This document shows, piece after piece, positions 1 to 8,082 of a stretch of DNA of 32,924 nt. The position numbers and the translations under genes are program-made. The DNA is taken from the NCBI GenBank assembly GCA_964564965.1, contig CAZMDT010000001.1, positions 13,237 through 46,160 of the forward strand, read 5' to 3'. Every line of letters starts with the position of its first letter. Positions within the stretch are counted from its first letter, which is position 1. Source of the DNA: an uncultured Planctomycetaceae bacterium. GTDB taxonomy: Bacteria; Planctomycetota; Phycisphaerae; SM23-33. Below the pieces are notes generated by a model, which ran no database searches, had not been told where the DNA came from, and saw only the letters and a program-made list of their open reading frames with translations.

Positions 1-158
1 GTCCCCGACACGGTCACGCCGGCGAGCATGTCGCCCTCGGCGACGGTATGCGTGCCCGCGCGGGCGGCGTAGTGGTCGTACCACCAGATGCCCACGCCCG
101 CCGCCGGGCCGAGGATCGCCACGACGATCACCAGCCGTATCATCAGCCTGCGCATCAT
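1..158 (-). CDS. 5' end of a membrane-anchored periplasmic adaptor (HlyD/membrane-fusion-like) gene, cut by the window edge
   Basis: Not in the ORF track because it runs off the window. Manual reverse-complement translation from ATG 158 gives MMRRLMIRLVIVVAILGPAAGVGIWWYDHYAARAGTHTVAEGDMLAGVTVSG. A second ATG lies at 155, with GGAGG 5 nt upstream. The peptide has a basic n-region, one hydrophobic anchor, then a V..GD....V...G start typical of membrane-fusion proteins. The family call rests on only about 50 aa. Confidence 0.35.
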   Translation of the reverse strand, partial: MMRRLMIRLVIVVAILGPAAGVGIWWYDHYAARAGTHTVAEGDMLAGVTVSG

Positions 159-324
159 CGCCTCCGTCGCTGTCGGTTCGGGGGCAGGGAAAGCCCCTTG
201 GCGGTATCGGAAATCGGCCCCGCCCCCTTGACTTGCGCGCGGGGCGAGGCGTTCGGGCGGGGGCGGGGGTGCTTAAGGGCCTCCGCCGGGCATCCGATAG
301 ACAGGACCGGGGGAACCGAGGCGG

Positions 325-1098
325 TTGGATAGTGCGCGCACAGGGCGCCCGCGGACAGCCGCCCGGAAAGGGCCGCCGGTGCAGAAGTCGCCGTCATTTG
401 TCGAGATCGCCGTCTGGGAGGCGGTGACCCGGCGCACGCGCGTCGACCTGGTCTTGCGATCCGTGACCGGCAGGACCGATACGCGCCTCATCAGCCGGTT
501 CCTCGGCCTGCCCCCCGACGGCCTCATCGCCCTCGACGTGCCCCGAACCACCCGCGGCGACCGGGCCTTCGTGCCGGCGGGGTGGGAGGTCGGCATGGCC
601 TTCGACATCGCCGGGGTGTGGCTCCAGGCCCGGACGACCGTCGCCGGGCACTGCCAGTTCCCGCTCCGCCCCACGCGCCGCGTGGACGCCCTGCTCGTCC
701 GTCGCCCCGAACGCATCCTGTCGGCGAACCGGCGACGCCGGCCGCGGCGCCGGGTGGACCCGTCGCGCCCGATCCGCGCGACGGTCTGGCCGGCGGGCAT
801 GGGCGGGCCCGCGCCGCCGGAAGAGGCGCACGCGGGCTGGCTCATCGACTCCTCGGATGGCGGCCTGGGGGTGGGGCTGGCGAAGCCGCTGCGCCTCGAG
901 GTCGGTTCGCCGTGCTACCTCCGCCTCGCCGAGCCGGGCGCCGCGGAGTGCCCCCTGTTCCGCGGGCGGCTGCGCCACTGCACGCCCCAGGACGACGGCA
1001 CCTGGCGGGCGGGCTTCGGCGAGGTCAGCGAGCTCGGCCCCGGGGAGGCGATTGGCCTGCTGATGTCGGCGGCGGCCCCCCGCGCCGACGGCGGCTGA
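325..1098 (+). CDS. PilZ-domain c-di-GMP receptor, YcgR-like (PilZN-like N-terminal half plus C-terminal PilZ)
   Basis: ORF 325..1098. The C-terminal half carries the PilZ signature: an RxxxR cluster (NRRRRPRRRV) followed about 35 aa later by DxSxxG (LIDSSDGGLGVGL). The N-terminal half resembles the YcgR N-domain. The start is uncertain: GTG at 379 is preceded by GGAAAGGG and is a plausible alternative. Confidence 0.6.
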   Translation: MDSARTGRPRTAARKGPPVQKSPSFVEIAVWEAVTRRTRVDLVLRSVTGRTDTRLISRFLGLPPDGLIALDVPRTTRGDRAFVPAGWEVGMAFDIAGVWLQARTTVAGHCQFPLRPTRRVDALLVRRPERILSANRRRRPRRRVDPSRPIRATVWPAGMGGPAPPEEAHAGWLIDSSDGGLGVGLAKPLRLEVGSPCYLRLAEPGAAECPLFRGRLRHCTPQDDGTWRAGFGEVSELGPGEAIGLLMSAAAPRADGG

Positions 1099-1107
1099 GG
1101 CCGCCGG

Positions 1108-1995
1108 CTACTCGCCTGCGCCCGCGGCGATCATCTCCTGAAGGGCCCGGCGATCGGCGGGCAGGGCTTCGCGCACGCCCGGAACGCGGTGGCGGAACGG
1201 GTCATACAGCGCGAACGCCGGTGCCAGGGCGGGTTCGCCCCAGTCGAGCAGCACCTTCAGCGCTTCCGTCGCCATCATCACCGACGTCAGCCAGACCATC
1301 GGCGCGAACGAGGTGATGTGCCCCGCGGCGATCCGCCGGACGGCGGCGTCATCGTAGAAGTCGGCGACGCCCTCGATCCGCCCGAGGCTGCCGGTGAGCA
1401 GGCCGAACTGCAGGCGCCGTATCTCCTCGTCGGAGACCTCGGCGATGTCGCGCCCGCGGGTGGGCAGGTCGTAGACTTCCTCGAGGCTCGGCGTGTCGGG
1501 CGTGAGCACGCGGACGTTGGCGTAGGGCAGCGCCCAGCCCTCGACGACCGGGACGCCCAGCTCGCGGGCCTTCCGCGAGATGACCAGGCACGGGCGAAGA
1601 GAGTCGATGGCGAGCACCGCCACGTCGCACCCTTCGAGAATCCGCCCGACGTTGTCCTCATCGACGTGATCGTACGCGTCGATGCGGACCTCCGGGTTGA
1701 TCGCCCGGGCGAACTGCTCGGCCACGTCGATCTTGCGCCGGCCGAGCGTGTGACGGAAGGCGTAGATCTGGCGGTTCAGGTTGCTCGGCTCGAACACGTC
1801 GCGGTCGACCGTGCTGAAGGCCCCCACCCCGCTGCGGACCAGCACCTCGAACGCCACGCCGCCGATGCCTCCCGCGCCCGGCACGCTCACCTTCGATCGC
1901 CGCAGCCGCTCCTGCTGCTCGTCGCTGAGCAGCCCGATGTTCCGCTCCGCCAGCTCGGCGTAGTCGGCCGTCCAGCGCTCGCTCGCTTCGCCCAT
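1108..1995 (-). CDS. ThiF/MoeB/HesA-family E1-like adenylyltransferase
   Basis: ORF 1108..1995. It has the nucleotide-binding loop VPGAGGIGG followed by VDRDVFEPSNLNRQ, the classic ThiF-family pattern. The ATG at 1995 is preceded by GGAGGAGGAG with a 5-nt spacer. No ThiS/MoaD-like partner gene is visible. Confidence 0.85.
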   Translation of the reverse strand: MGEASERWTADYAELAERNIGLLSDEQQERLRRSKVSVPGAGGIGGVAFEVLVRSGVGAFSTVDRDVFEPSNLNRQIYAFRHTLGRRKIDVAEQFARAINPEVRIDAYDHVDEDNVGRILEGCDVAVLAIDSLRPCLVISRKARELGVPVVEGWALPYANVRVLTPDTPSLEEVYDLPTRGRDIAEVSDEEIRRLQFGLLTGSLGRIEGVADFYDDAAVRRIAAGHITSFAPMVWLTSVMMATEALKVLLDWGEPALAPAFALYDPFRHRVPGVREALPADRRALQEMIAAGAGE

Positions 1996-3458
1996 GATCG
2001 CTCCTCCTCCGTCGCCCCCGCCACGTAATGGTTCTTCTTCTCGTAGTTATGCTCCAGGCCGTGAGGGAACTGCTCGTACGCCACGAGCTTGACCTCCGCC
2101 CGGGAGCGGACGTATTCCGACAGAATCTCGGCCAGGCGCTGCTCGCTCTCCCACGCCGGCGACACGCCCGGCTTGAGCTGCACGAGCACCCGCCCGCAGT
2201 CGTCCTCCGTGAGGATGGTGAAGTTGCCCGTCAGGGCGCCGGCGATGTCGAAGTCCTTGTAGAGCGCCTCCTTGACCTCCACAGGCGAGACGTGCCCGCC
2301 GGCCGGCAGGGGCACGAGCCGCCGCCGACCCCAGATGAACGCCACCGGCAGGTGCAGCTCCGGCAGCAGGTGCCCGTAGTCGTGCTGCGCGAGGATCGCC
2401 TCCAGGCGCCGGTAGTCCATCGTCCAGGCGGCGTCGCCGGTGTTGTAGCGGATCAGCGGAATCCGCCGCCGCGGGTCGAGCATGGACACGACCAGCTCGG
2501 GCGCCGCCGAAGGCCCGGGCAGGGCCTCCACGTGGATCTGCCCGGGGAAGTACTGCATGACCTCGGGGCAGACCTCGATGCCGTCGCCGAACAGGGCATG
2601 GCGCAGGCGGGGGTCGCTCTGGGCGGCCCGGCGGATGCGGAGGGTCTGCGGGGTCTCGCTGAACAGGCTCAGCGACAGCTCCGACAGGCCCATGTTCAGG
2701 CCGATCATGCCGCGGTCGGGGTTGTCGAAGTCGATGTCGAGCAGGTGCCCCAGGTAGGTGCGCCAGTTCTCGGGGACGTACTCGCCTCCGGTGACGAGGT
2801 GGACAACGAGGTCGTGCCACGGCACGCCGGCGGCGGCGCCATCCTCGATGACCTTCTTGAGGAACGGCGCCTCCCCGAGCAGGACGAACTGCTCGAACTC
2901 GCCGGCGAGCTTGTCGATCAGGGCGAGCACCGAGTCGGCCCGGACGCTGGTGTCGGCGGCAGGCACGGACCGCACCGGCACCTTCACGCCCATCGGCGTG
3001 CAGTTGATGATGAAGGTCTTGCGCCGGAGGATGCCGAAGTTGCGGTCGAGCAGGAACTCGAGGCCCATCGCGGCCCGCTCGGCGTCAGCGGGGGTCTCCA
3101 CGCCGAAGGAGAACGTCCCGGAGTGGCCGGAGCTGGTGTAGAGCAGGCGGACCCCCTCGAGCGTGCCGCCGGCGCACAGGGCCGGCAGGTCGTTCATCTC
3201 GAACACGGCGTGCTTGTCCAGCACGGGCACGTGGCGGCGGAACTTGCGGACGGTGGTGATCTCGGCGGGGGCGATGCCGCGCTCGGCCAGCAGACGCCGG
3301 TATGCCGGCACCTGGCGCGCCGCCCGGCGGAACGCGCGGAGCAGGCGGCGTTGCCCGGCGGCGACAATGCGCTCCGGCCGGGCCGTCGACAGGTACCGGA
3401 CCAGCCGCCGGTGCTGCCAGCGGATCAGCCGGTCCTTCACGCGCCGCAGCCAGCCCAT
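1887..3458 (-). CDS. PaaK / coenzyme F390 synthetase-like adenylate-forming enzyme (acyl- or aryl-CoA ligase family)
   Basis: ORF 1887..3551, trimmed to ATG 3458 (MGWLRRVKDRL), which follows a GGAAGGGAGCGGAGGG purine tract and lies 25 nt after the upstream stop. The N-terminus (AARQVPAYRRLLAERGIAPAEITTVRKFRRHVPVLDKHAV), a degenerate P-loop (YTSSGHSGTFSFG) and the RYNTGD motif match the PaaK/F390/CapK family pattern. The 3' end overlaps the ThiF-like gene by 109 nt. Confidence 0.7.
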   Translation of the reverse strand: MGWLRRVKDRLIRWQHRRLVRYLSTARPERIVAAGQRRLLRAFRRAARQVPAYRRLLAERGIAPAEITTVRKFRRHVPVLDKHAVFEMNDLPALCAGGTLEGVRLLYTSSGHSGTFSFGVETPADAERAAMGLEFLLDRNFGILRRKTFIINCTPMGVKVPVRSVPAADTSVRADSVLALIDKLAGEFEQFVLLGEAPFLKKVIEDGAAAGVPWHDLVVHLVTGGEYVPENWRTYLGHLLDIDFDNPDRGMIGLNMGLSELSLSLFSETPQTLRIRRAAQSDPRLRHALFGDGIEVCPEVMQYFPGQIHVEALPGPSAAPELVVSMLDPRRRIPLIRYNTGDAAWTMDYRRLEAILAQHDYGHLLPELHLPVAFIWGRRRLVPLPAGGHVSPVEVKEALYKDFDIAGALTGNFTILTEDDCGRVLVQLKPGVSPAWESEQRLAEILSEYVRSRAEVKLVAYEQFPHGLEHNYEKKNHYVAGATEEERSWAKRASAGRPTTPSWRSGTSGCSATSSRSGCGDRR

Positions 3459-3483
3459 CGCCCTCCGCTCCCTTCCTCGCGCC

Positions 3484-4398
3484 TCAGGCCCCGACCGCCA
3501 TCGCCGACAGGCGGGCGAGCGCCTCGGCGGCGTCGATGCCCCCGGCCTCACGCCCCGCGCCCGTCAGCAGGGCCTCGATGTTCCCCCCGAAGATGCCCCG
3601 CAGCGTGTCCCCCGGCAGCCGCAGCCGCGAGACGCAGTCCACGAAATCCCTCATCCGGTGCACACGCCCCGCGCACGGCATGGGATAGTCCGTGCCGAAG
3701 ATGACCTTCTCCGCCCCGATGCGCCCCAGCAGCTCCGGGGTGAGGATCTGCTCGATCTCGTAGAGATACGCGGCCGTGTCGATCCACACGTTCGGGTTCT
3801 TCTCGACGACCATGAACGCCTCGTTGTGCCAGAGCGTGCCGAGGTGGGTGAGCATGATCCGCAGTTGGGGGAAGCGGACGGCGACGTCGTCGATGAGGAT
3901 GGGGTTGGCCTGCGCCAGGCGGCACAGCGCCCCGAACGGCGTGGTGCCGACGTGGAAGACCACGGGGATGTTCAGCTCGGCCGCCTTCTCGTACACCGGC
4001 CAGACCGCCTCGTCGTTGGGGAAGAAGTCCTGCAGGGGCGGATGGAGCTTCAGGCCCCACAGGCCGAGGTCGACGACCGCCCGCTCCAGCGCCGCGGGCG
4101 CGCCGGGGGAGGTCGGGTCGACGGAGGCGAAGCCGATGAGCCGGTCGGGATAGGCCGCGCACAGCCCCGCCACGTACTCGTTCGAGGCGTAGACGATGGG
4201 CGCCTCCACGGCGTAGAGAATCGACCGGGCGATGCCGGCCTCGTCCATCTGGGCGATGAGCGCCTCGGGCATCAGCAGCGGCAGCGTGGACTCGATGTCC
4301 TTGAGGACACTAATGCCTCCGGGCAGACGCGTCCCCTCCATCCGCCGGACCATCGCGTCCAGCTCGATCATGTGGACGTGTGCGTTGATGATCTCCAC
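3484..4398 (-). CDS. Amidohydrolase-2 (PF04909-like) metal-dependent hydrolase or decarboxylase
   Basis: ORF 3484..4503, trimmed to GTG 4398, which is preceded by GGGAGAGGG with a 6-nt spacer. This places the HxH metal motif (IINAHVHM) at the extreme N-terminus, as is usual for the family. Further metal ligands fit: VVFHVG, MLTHLG, FGTDYP. The longer start at 4503 cannot be excluded. Confidence 0.75.
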   Translation of the reverse strand: MEIINAHVHMIELDAMVRRMEGTRLPGGISVLKDIESTLPLLMPEALIAQMDEAGIARSILYAVEAPIVYASNEYVAGLCAAYPDRLIGFASVDPTSPGAPAALERAVVDLGLWGLKLHPPLQDFFPNDEAVWPVYEKAAELNIPVVFHVGTTPFGALCRLAQANPILIDDVAVRFPQLRIMLTHLGTLWHNEAFMVVEKNPNVWIDTAAYLYEIEQILTPELLGRIGAEKVIFGTDYPMPCAGRVHRMRDFVDCVSRLRLPGDTLRGIFGGNIEALLTGAGREAGGIDAAEALARLSAMAVGA

Positions 4399-4593
4399 GA
4401 TCGGCCCTCTCCCGGCGCCTTGGCGGCTTGGCGCTTTGCGATCCCATGACAGCGGTACTGTACCCGGTGCCTCATCGGCGCAATCGGGGCGGGCCTGAAG
4501 CACGAAGCGCGGGCGGAGCGGCGCACCGCCGGCACCGGGCCGGCGGCGCGCCGACTTGGAGGCACCCGTTGTGTCCGCGGCGCGCGGGCCGGC

Positions 4594-5538
4594 CTACGAG
4601 CCGGCGCTGGCCGCGGGCTCGGCCACCGCCTGGGCGGCCAGGACACGCTGGTAGATCGTCTCCCCCCACCGCTGCCGGATGCCCTCGCGCTGCGCGTCGG
4701 TGCACGCGGCGAGCACGCGCGAGCTGTTCACGAACAACTCCACGAGCAGCGTGGCGTCGGCGAACAGCCGGTCCGACAGAATCTGCCACGTCGCGATGTA
4801 CCGGTGGTAGGGATTGTGGTCGATGTAGTAGCTCTTCAGGAACGATTCCACGTCCCCCTCGCCCGCCACGACGCCCTTGAACCGCTCGCCCAGGCTCGTC
4901 AGGTCCAGCCGCACCACCACGACCGGGTCCTCGATGTCCTTCGAGTAGCTGCGGACCTCGCCGAGCTGCTCGAACCCCAGCAGGGCGTAGAACCGCGCGT
5001 GGCCCGGACTGACGGTGCCGACGAAGTCGGTGCACCCGGCCGCCATCGCGTGGGCGAACGAGCAGCGCATCAGCTCGGTCATCACGGCGCTGTTGCGGTG
5101 CGATTCGGCCACCAGCCAGTTGGTGCCCTCACACACCTTGCGGCCCCCGGCGCGGAGCCGGTCGATCTCCGCCCGGAACGCCTTGTCGGTGGGCAGGCCG
5201 AACTCGGGGCTGTCGACGACGACGCTGGTGACGCCGACGACCTTGCCGTCCGCCCTGGCGATGAACGTGGCCGTAGCGGGCAGGGCCTCGAAGGGGCGGA
5301 TGCGAACGCCCGTGGGGTCGGGGCGGATGTAGCCCTGCTCCACGAAGATGTCGTGGACGAGCCGGTAGGCGGCCAGCAGGTCTTCCACGGTGGTCGCGCG
5401 GGCGATGGCGGCGCCCTCGGTGTCGTTGCTGAACAGCCCGGCGCGGCGCAGCAGGGCCATTCTGCGGTCCTCGCGCTTGCGCTTTCCGTGCGGGCGGGGG
5501 GTGCCCTGAGCCTTTGCAGATGCACTACTTACGGACAT
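4594..5538 (-). CDS. FeeM-like GNAT N-acyltransferase (N-acyl amino acid synthase; PEP-CTERM/exosortase-associated acyltransferase type)
   Basis: ORF 4594..5538. ATG 5538 is preceded by GGAGG with a 7-nt spacer. The core (TVEDLLAAYRLVHDIFVEQGYIRPDPTGVRIRPFEALPATATFIARADGKVVGVTSVVVD...FGLPTD...VCEGTNWLVAE) follows the FeeM / autoinducer-synthase-like GNAT pattern. The genomic context is a PEP-CTERM gene plus an EPS sugar transferase. Confidence 0.6.
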   Translation of the reverse strand: MSVSSASAKAQGTPRPHGKRKREDRRMALLRRAGLFSNDTEGAAIARATTVEDLLAAYRLVHDIFVEQGYIRPDPTGVRIRPFEALPATATFIARADGKVVGVTSVVVDSPEFGLPTDKAFRAEIDRLRAGGRKVCEGTNWLVAESHRNSAVMTELMRCSFAHAMAAGCTDFVGTVSPGHARFYALLGFEQLGEVRSYSKDIEDPVVVVRLDLTSLGERFKGVVAGEGDVESFLKSYYIDHNPYHRYIATWQILSDRLFADATLLVELFVNSSRVLAACTDAQREGIRQRWGETIYQRVLAAQAVAEPAASAGS

Positions 5539-5625
5539 TGTCGTTCCTCCAAGTACCTCCGCGTGTGTCCTCCAATGGAAAGATAGGATTCGCCGGGGCG
5601 TGCTGGCAAACTGGGGAAGTTAGAA

Positions 5626-5654
5626 AATATAGAGAAGCTGTTCCGTGGGCGCAA
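5626..5654 (-). promoter_or_regulatory. sigma70-like promoter for the FeeM-like/amidohydrolase/ligase/ThiF-like operon
   Basis: Minus strand reads TTGCGC (5654-5649), a 17-nt spacer, then TATATT (5631-5626). It lies in the only AT-rich patch of the 5539-5748 intergenic region, about 90 nt upstream of ATG 5538. Confidence 0.35.
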
Positions 5655-5707
5655 AAAGGGAGCCTGCCGGATGAGCGAGGGGTCGCCCCGCCCGCGCCGG
5701 CAGGCTC
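5653..5707 (-). terminator. Rho-independent-type terminator after the PEP-CTERM gene
   Basis: An 11-bp perfect inverted repeat, GAGCCTGCCGG (5660-5670) and CCGGCAGGCTC (5697-5707), encloses a 26-nt loop. The loop contains an inner GGGG-N3-CCCC hairpin. On the minus strand it is followed by CC then TTTTT (5657-5653). It lies 41 nt downstream of the stop at 5749. Confidence 0.5.
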
Positions 5708-5748
5708 GCGTCGATTACGTCATCGGCAGCGCCGGGCGCCGCCGGTCG

Positions 5749-6756
5749 TCAGCCATCCTGACGACGCCGCTTGCGGATGTACCCGCCGACGCAGGCAGCG
5801 CTGAGGCCAAGAGCCAGCATCGTCAGAGGCTCCGGGATCAGCGTGGCACCGGTCAGTGGGTCCGACGACGACAGTGTCCAGTCCGCCTTCGTCGTCGCCG
5901 AAGTCGTCACCTTCAGCCGCAGGTCCGCCACCGTTCCACCCGCTCCGCCGAACGGGAAGACCTCAACGAACGCGTCCTCCCAGTTCCCGCCGTCGAGCAG
6001 GAGGTAGGTGTTCAGGTTGCCGCTGGACGGCGGCGTGAAGGTGATCTGGACCACGGCGCTCTGGTCGCCCGCCACGCTGTTGCCGGTGAGCACCCGCTCG
6101 GCGTGGGAATACTGCGTCCAGGTGCCGCTGTTCGGATCGTAATCGTAGCCGATCGTCTCATACTTCTCCGGATCGGTCGTGGGGGTCGCTCGCCCGGCGG
6201 AACCGGCGGCGCCCTCATCGTACGTCTTCCAGTCCTGGTACCACATCTCGTACCGGTTGCTCTGGGCCGCGATCACCTGCATCCAAGTGCTCGGGTCGGG
6301 GTCGCCCAGGTTCACGAACGTCACCGCCGTATCTTCCTGCCCGTAGAAGACGCCGACGATCTCCTTGTTCCCCTGGCCGTCCTGCCAGAGGATGTTGGGC
6401 GGGCCGAGCTTCACGATGTTGTTGGGGCCCTGCATTTCGCCCTCATACACGGCGGCCAGGCGGAACACGCCCCACCCGGTCTCCGTGTCCGACGCTGCCG
6501 CCAGCGGCGAGTAATACTGGAGCTGGGTGCCAGGATCGTCGTACTTGACGCCGGACGTCACGGGGGTCTGTCCATCGGCGAGGTACCCCGTGTAGATCCG
6601 CGACATCGTGTAGTCATTGAGATGGCAGTAGATCGGCTGCGCGCCGCCGGCGCCCGGGCCGGGATCCGCGCCCCACGGCGGGGAGGTGGTAGCCATCGCC
6701 GGGGAACTCACGGCGACGAAAACACACACAATGGCTGTAAACTTCAGGAACCTCAT
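5749..6756 (-). CDS. PEP-CTERM sorting-domain secreted protein (function unknown)
   Basis: ORF 5749..6804, trimmed to ATG 6756 (MRFLKFTAIVCVFVAVSSPAMA, a signal peptide), which is preceded by GGAAAGGAG with a 5-nt spacer. The C-terminus IPEPLTMLALGLSAACVGGYIRKRRR is a canonical PEP-CTERM anchor: PEP motif, TM helix, Arg cluster. Confidence 0.85.
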   Translation of the reverse strand: MRFLKFTAIVCVFVAVSSPAMATTSPPWGADPGPGAGGAQPIYCHLNDYTMSRIYTGYLADGQTPVTSGVKYDDPGTQLQYYSPLAAASDTETGWGVFRLAAVYEGEMQGPNNIVKLGPPNILWQDGQGNKEIVGVFYGQEDTAVTFVNLGDPDPSTWMQVIAAQSNRYEMWYQDWKTYDEGAAGSAGRATPTTDPEKYETIGYDYDPNSGTWTQYSHAERVLTGNSVAGDQSAVVQITFTPPSSGNLNTYLLLDGGNWEDAFVEVFPFGGAGGTVADLRLKVTTSATTKADWTLSSSDPLTGATLIPEPLTMLALGLSAACVGGYIRKRRRQDG

Positions 6757-6999
6757 GTCCGCTCCTTTCCTCTCGTTTTCCTCACTTGGCAAAGTTGGAC
6801 TCACAGACCAACTCAGAAACTCATTGTCAGATTGCGCGGGCTTTCAAGACGCCCGAGATGCAGCCGGACCCGTGAAGGGCAACCTTGTCCGGCGCAATAG
6901 ACGAGCACCTCCTCACCTCATGCCATCACCTCCTTCGATGCGGTTGGATCAGCCCGCGCACCGAGACTTTCGTACAGGCTCACTCACTGACAAAAGCGG

Positions 7000-7677
7000 T
7001 TATCGCGCGCCTTTGTCCCTCAACTTGCCGATGGTCCTCGCCAGAATGGCAAGTTCCATGCTCCATTTTCGACCCTGGATGTACTCCAGGTCTGCCTCCA
7101 GTTTGTGTCGGAACGCCTCCACGCTCGTGTCGTAGCCATTGCGGATCTGCGCCAGGCCCGTGATGCCCGGGCGAACCGCCAGCCGCTTGCGAACGTCGGG
7201 ATAGTGCTTCTCCAGCTCGTCGAGGATTTCCGGCCGCTCCGGCCGGGGCCCCACGAGCGACATCTCGCCCTTGATCACGTTGATGAGCTGCGGCAGCTCG
7301 TCGACGTGGCTGAGCCGCATCCACCGGCAGGCCGCGATGACTCGCGGGTCCTTGTGCCGGGCCCACGTGGCGCCGCTGCGCTTCTCGGCGTCCGTGTACA
7401 TGGTCCGGAGCTTGTACATGGTGAACGGCCGGCCGTTCCGACCGACCCGGACCTGCTTGAACAGCACCGGCCCGCGGCTGAACAGCTTGATCATCAGCAC
7501 GCAGAGGAGGATAACCGGCAGCGCCAGCACCAGCGCCACCAGCGCCAGCAGCGTGTCCACGACTTCCTTCGCCACGTCGAAGTACCGGCGGGCGAGATGG
7601 GACAGCAGACCGGCAAAGCCGCTGCCGACCGCCACCAAGGTTACCGGCTCAGGCATCTCCTGCTCCTCCTGCTCCAT
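7000..7677 (-). CDS. Polyprenyl-phosphate sugar phosphotransferase (bacterial sugar transferase family; EPS/O-antigen priming enzyme, WbaP/EpsL-like short form)
   Basis: ORF 7000..7677. One TM helix is followed by the conserved core: PVLFKQVRVGRNGRPFTMYKLRTM...DELPQLINVIKGEMSLVGPRPERP...RPGITGLAQI. An alternative start at ATG 7656 sits after a stronger AGGAGGAGCAGGAG tract. Confidence 0.9.
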   Translation of the reverse strand: MEQEEQEMPEPVTLVAVGSGFAGLLSHLARRYFDVAKEVVDTLLALVALVLALPVILLCVLMIKLFSRGPVLFKQVRVGRNGRPFTMYKLRTMYTDAEKRSGATWARHKDPRVIAACRWMRLSHVDELPQLINVIKGEMSLVGPRPERPEILDELEKHYPDVRKRLAVRPGITGLAQIRNGYDTSVEAFRHKLEADLEYIQGRKWSMELAILARTIGKLRDKGAR

Positions 7678-8053
7678 CCGCCGAGGGCATCGGCCAACGT
7701 CGTTGAGCGAAACGGTCTGTCACTGAACTCAACATGGCCTGTGCGACCGGCCCTCCGAGTGGCCAGGCCGCTGCTCCTCGTTGCGCCCGTCCGGGTCGGC
7801 CGATATTCCGGCAGACCGGCGGAACGCCTCCGCTGCTTCCGTTGCGGCAGGCCTCAGTCGAGGCACCGATGAGAAGTCACGTCCCTCTCACGGTTGTCAA
7901 CCGCCGCGGATCACCGTGACCGATGCGAAGTGGGCCACACCATGGGCTGCGCCGGCCGTCTTGGCCCTGCCCGACCTCCGTTGCCAACTGGGCGAACCCA
8001 ACTGGACGCATCTGGTTGGACAGGCAGCAAATAGCCTGTCCCGTAACCCACTC

Positions 8054-8082
8054 ATGTTATCATGCACCGCCCGTACTGTCAA
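8054..8082 (-). promoter_or_regulatory. sigma70-like promoter, probably driving the sugar transferase through a leader of about 370 nt
   Basis: Minus strand reads TTGACA (8082-8077, a perfect -35), a 17-nt spacer, then TAACAT (8059-8054). A 7-bp hairpin, GACAGGC-N8-GCCTGTC (8019-8040), lies just downstream of the predicted start site. No convincing ORF lies between here and ATG 7677. Confidence 0.4.

Noticed and set aside
3459-3551. N-terminal extensions offered by the ORF track. Examples: 3459-3551, 4399-4503, 6757-6804, 11100-11222, 18809-18889, 26723-27013, 27882-28574, 31298-31411, 21584-22069, 23010-23096, 23069-24061
   Set aside because: The extensions are Arg/Pro-rich. They overlap upstream genes or predicted promoters. 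They precede internal starts that have good Shine-Dalgarno sequences and proper signal peptides or conserved N-termini.
2028-3704. 558-aa plus-strand ORF. Similar long antisense ORFs: 11502..13907, 18823..20358, 24026..25885, 8345..9592, 9771..11366
   Set aside because: All are antisense or out of frame to genes with clear homology patterns. All have the same Arg/Pro/Gly-rich shadow composition.
4451-4461. Palindrome GGTACTGTACC with a TTGCGC-N15-TACAGT promoter-like sequence between the FeeM-like and amidohydrolase genes
   Set aside because: The 15-nt spacer is too short for a good sigma70 promoter. The region may still be coding if the amidohydrolase starts at 4503. There is too little support to call a feature.
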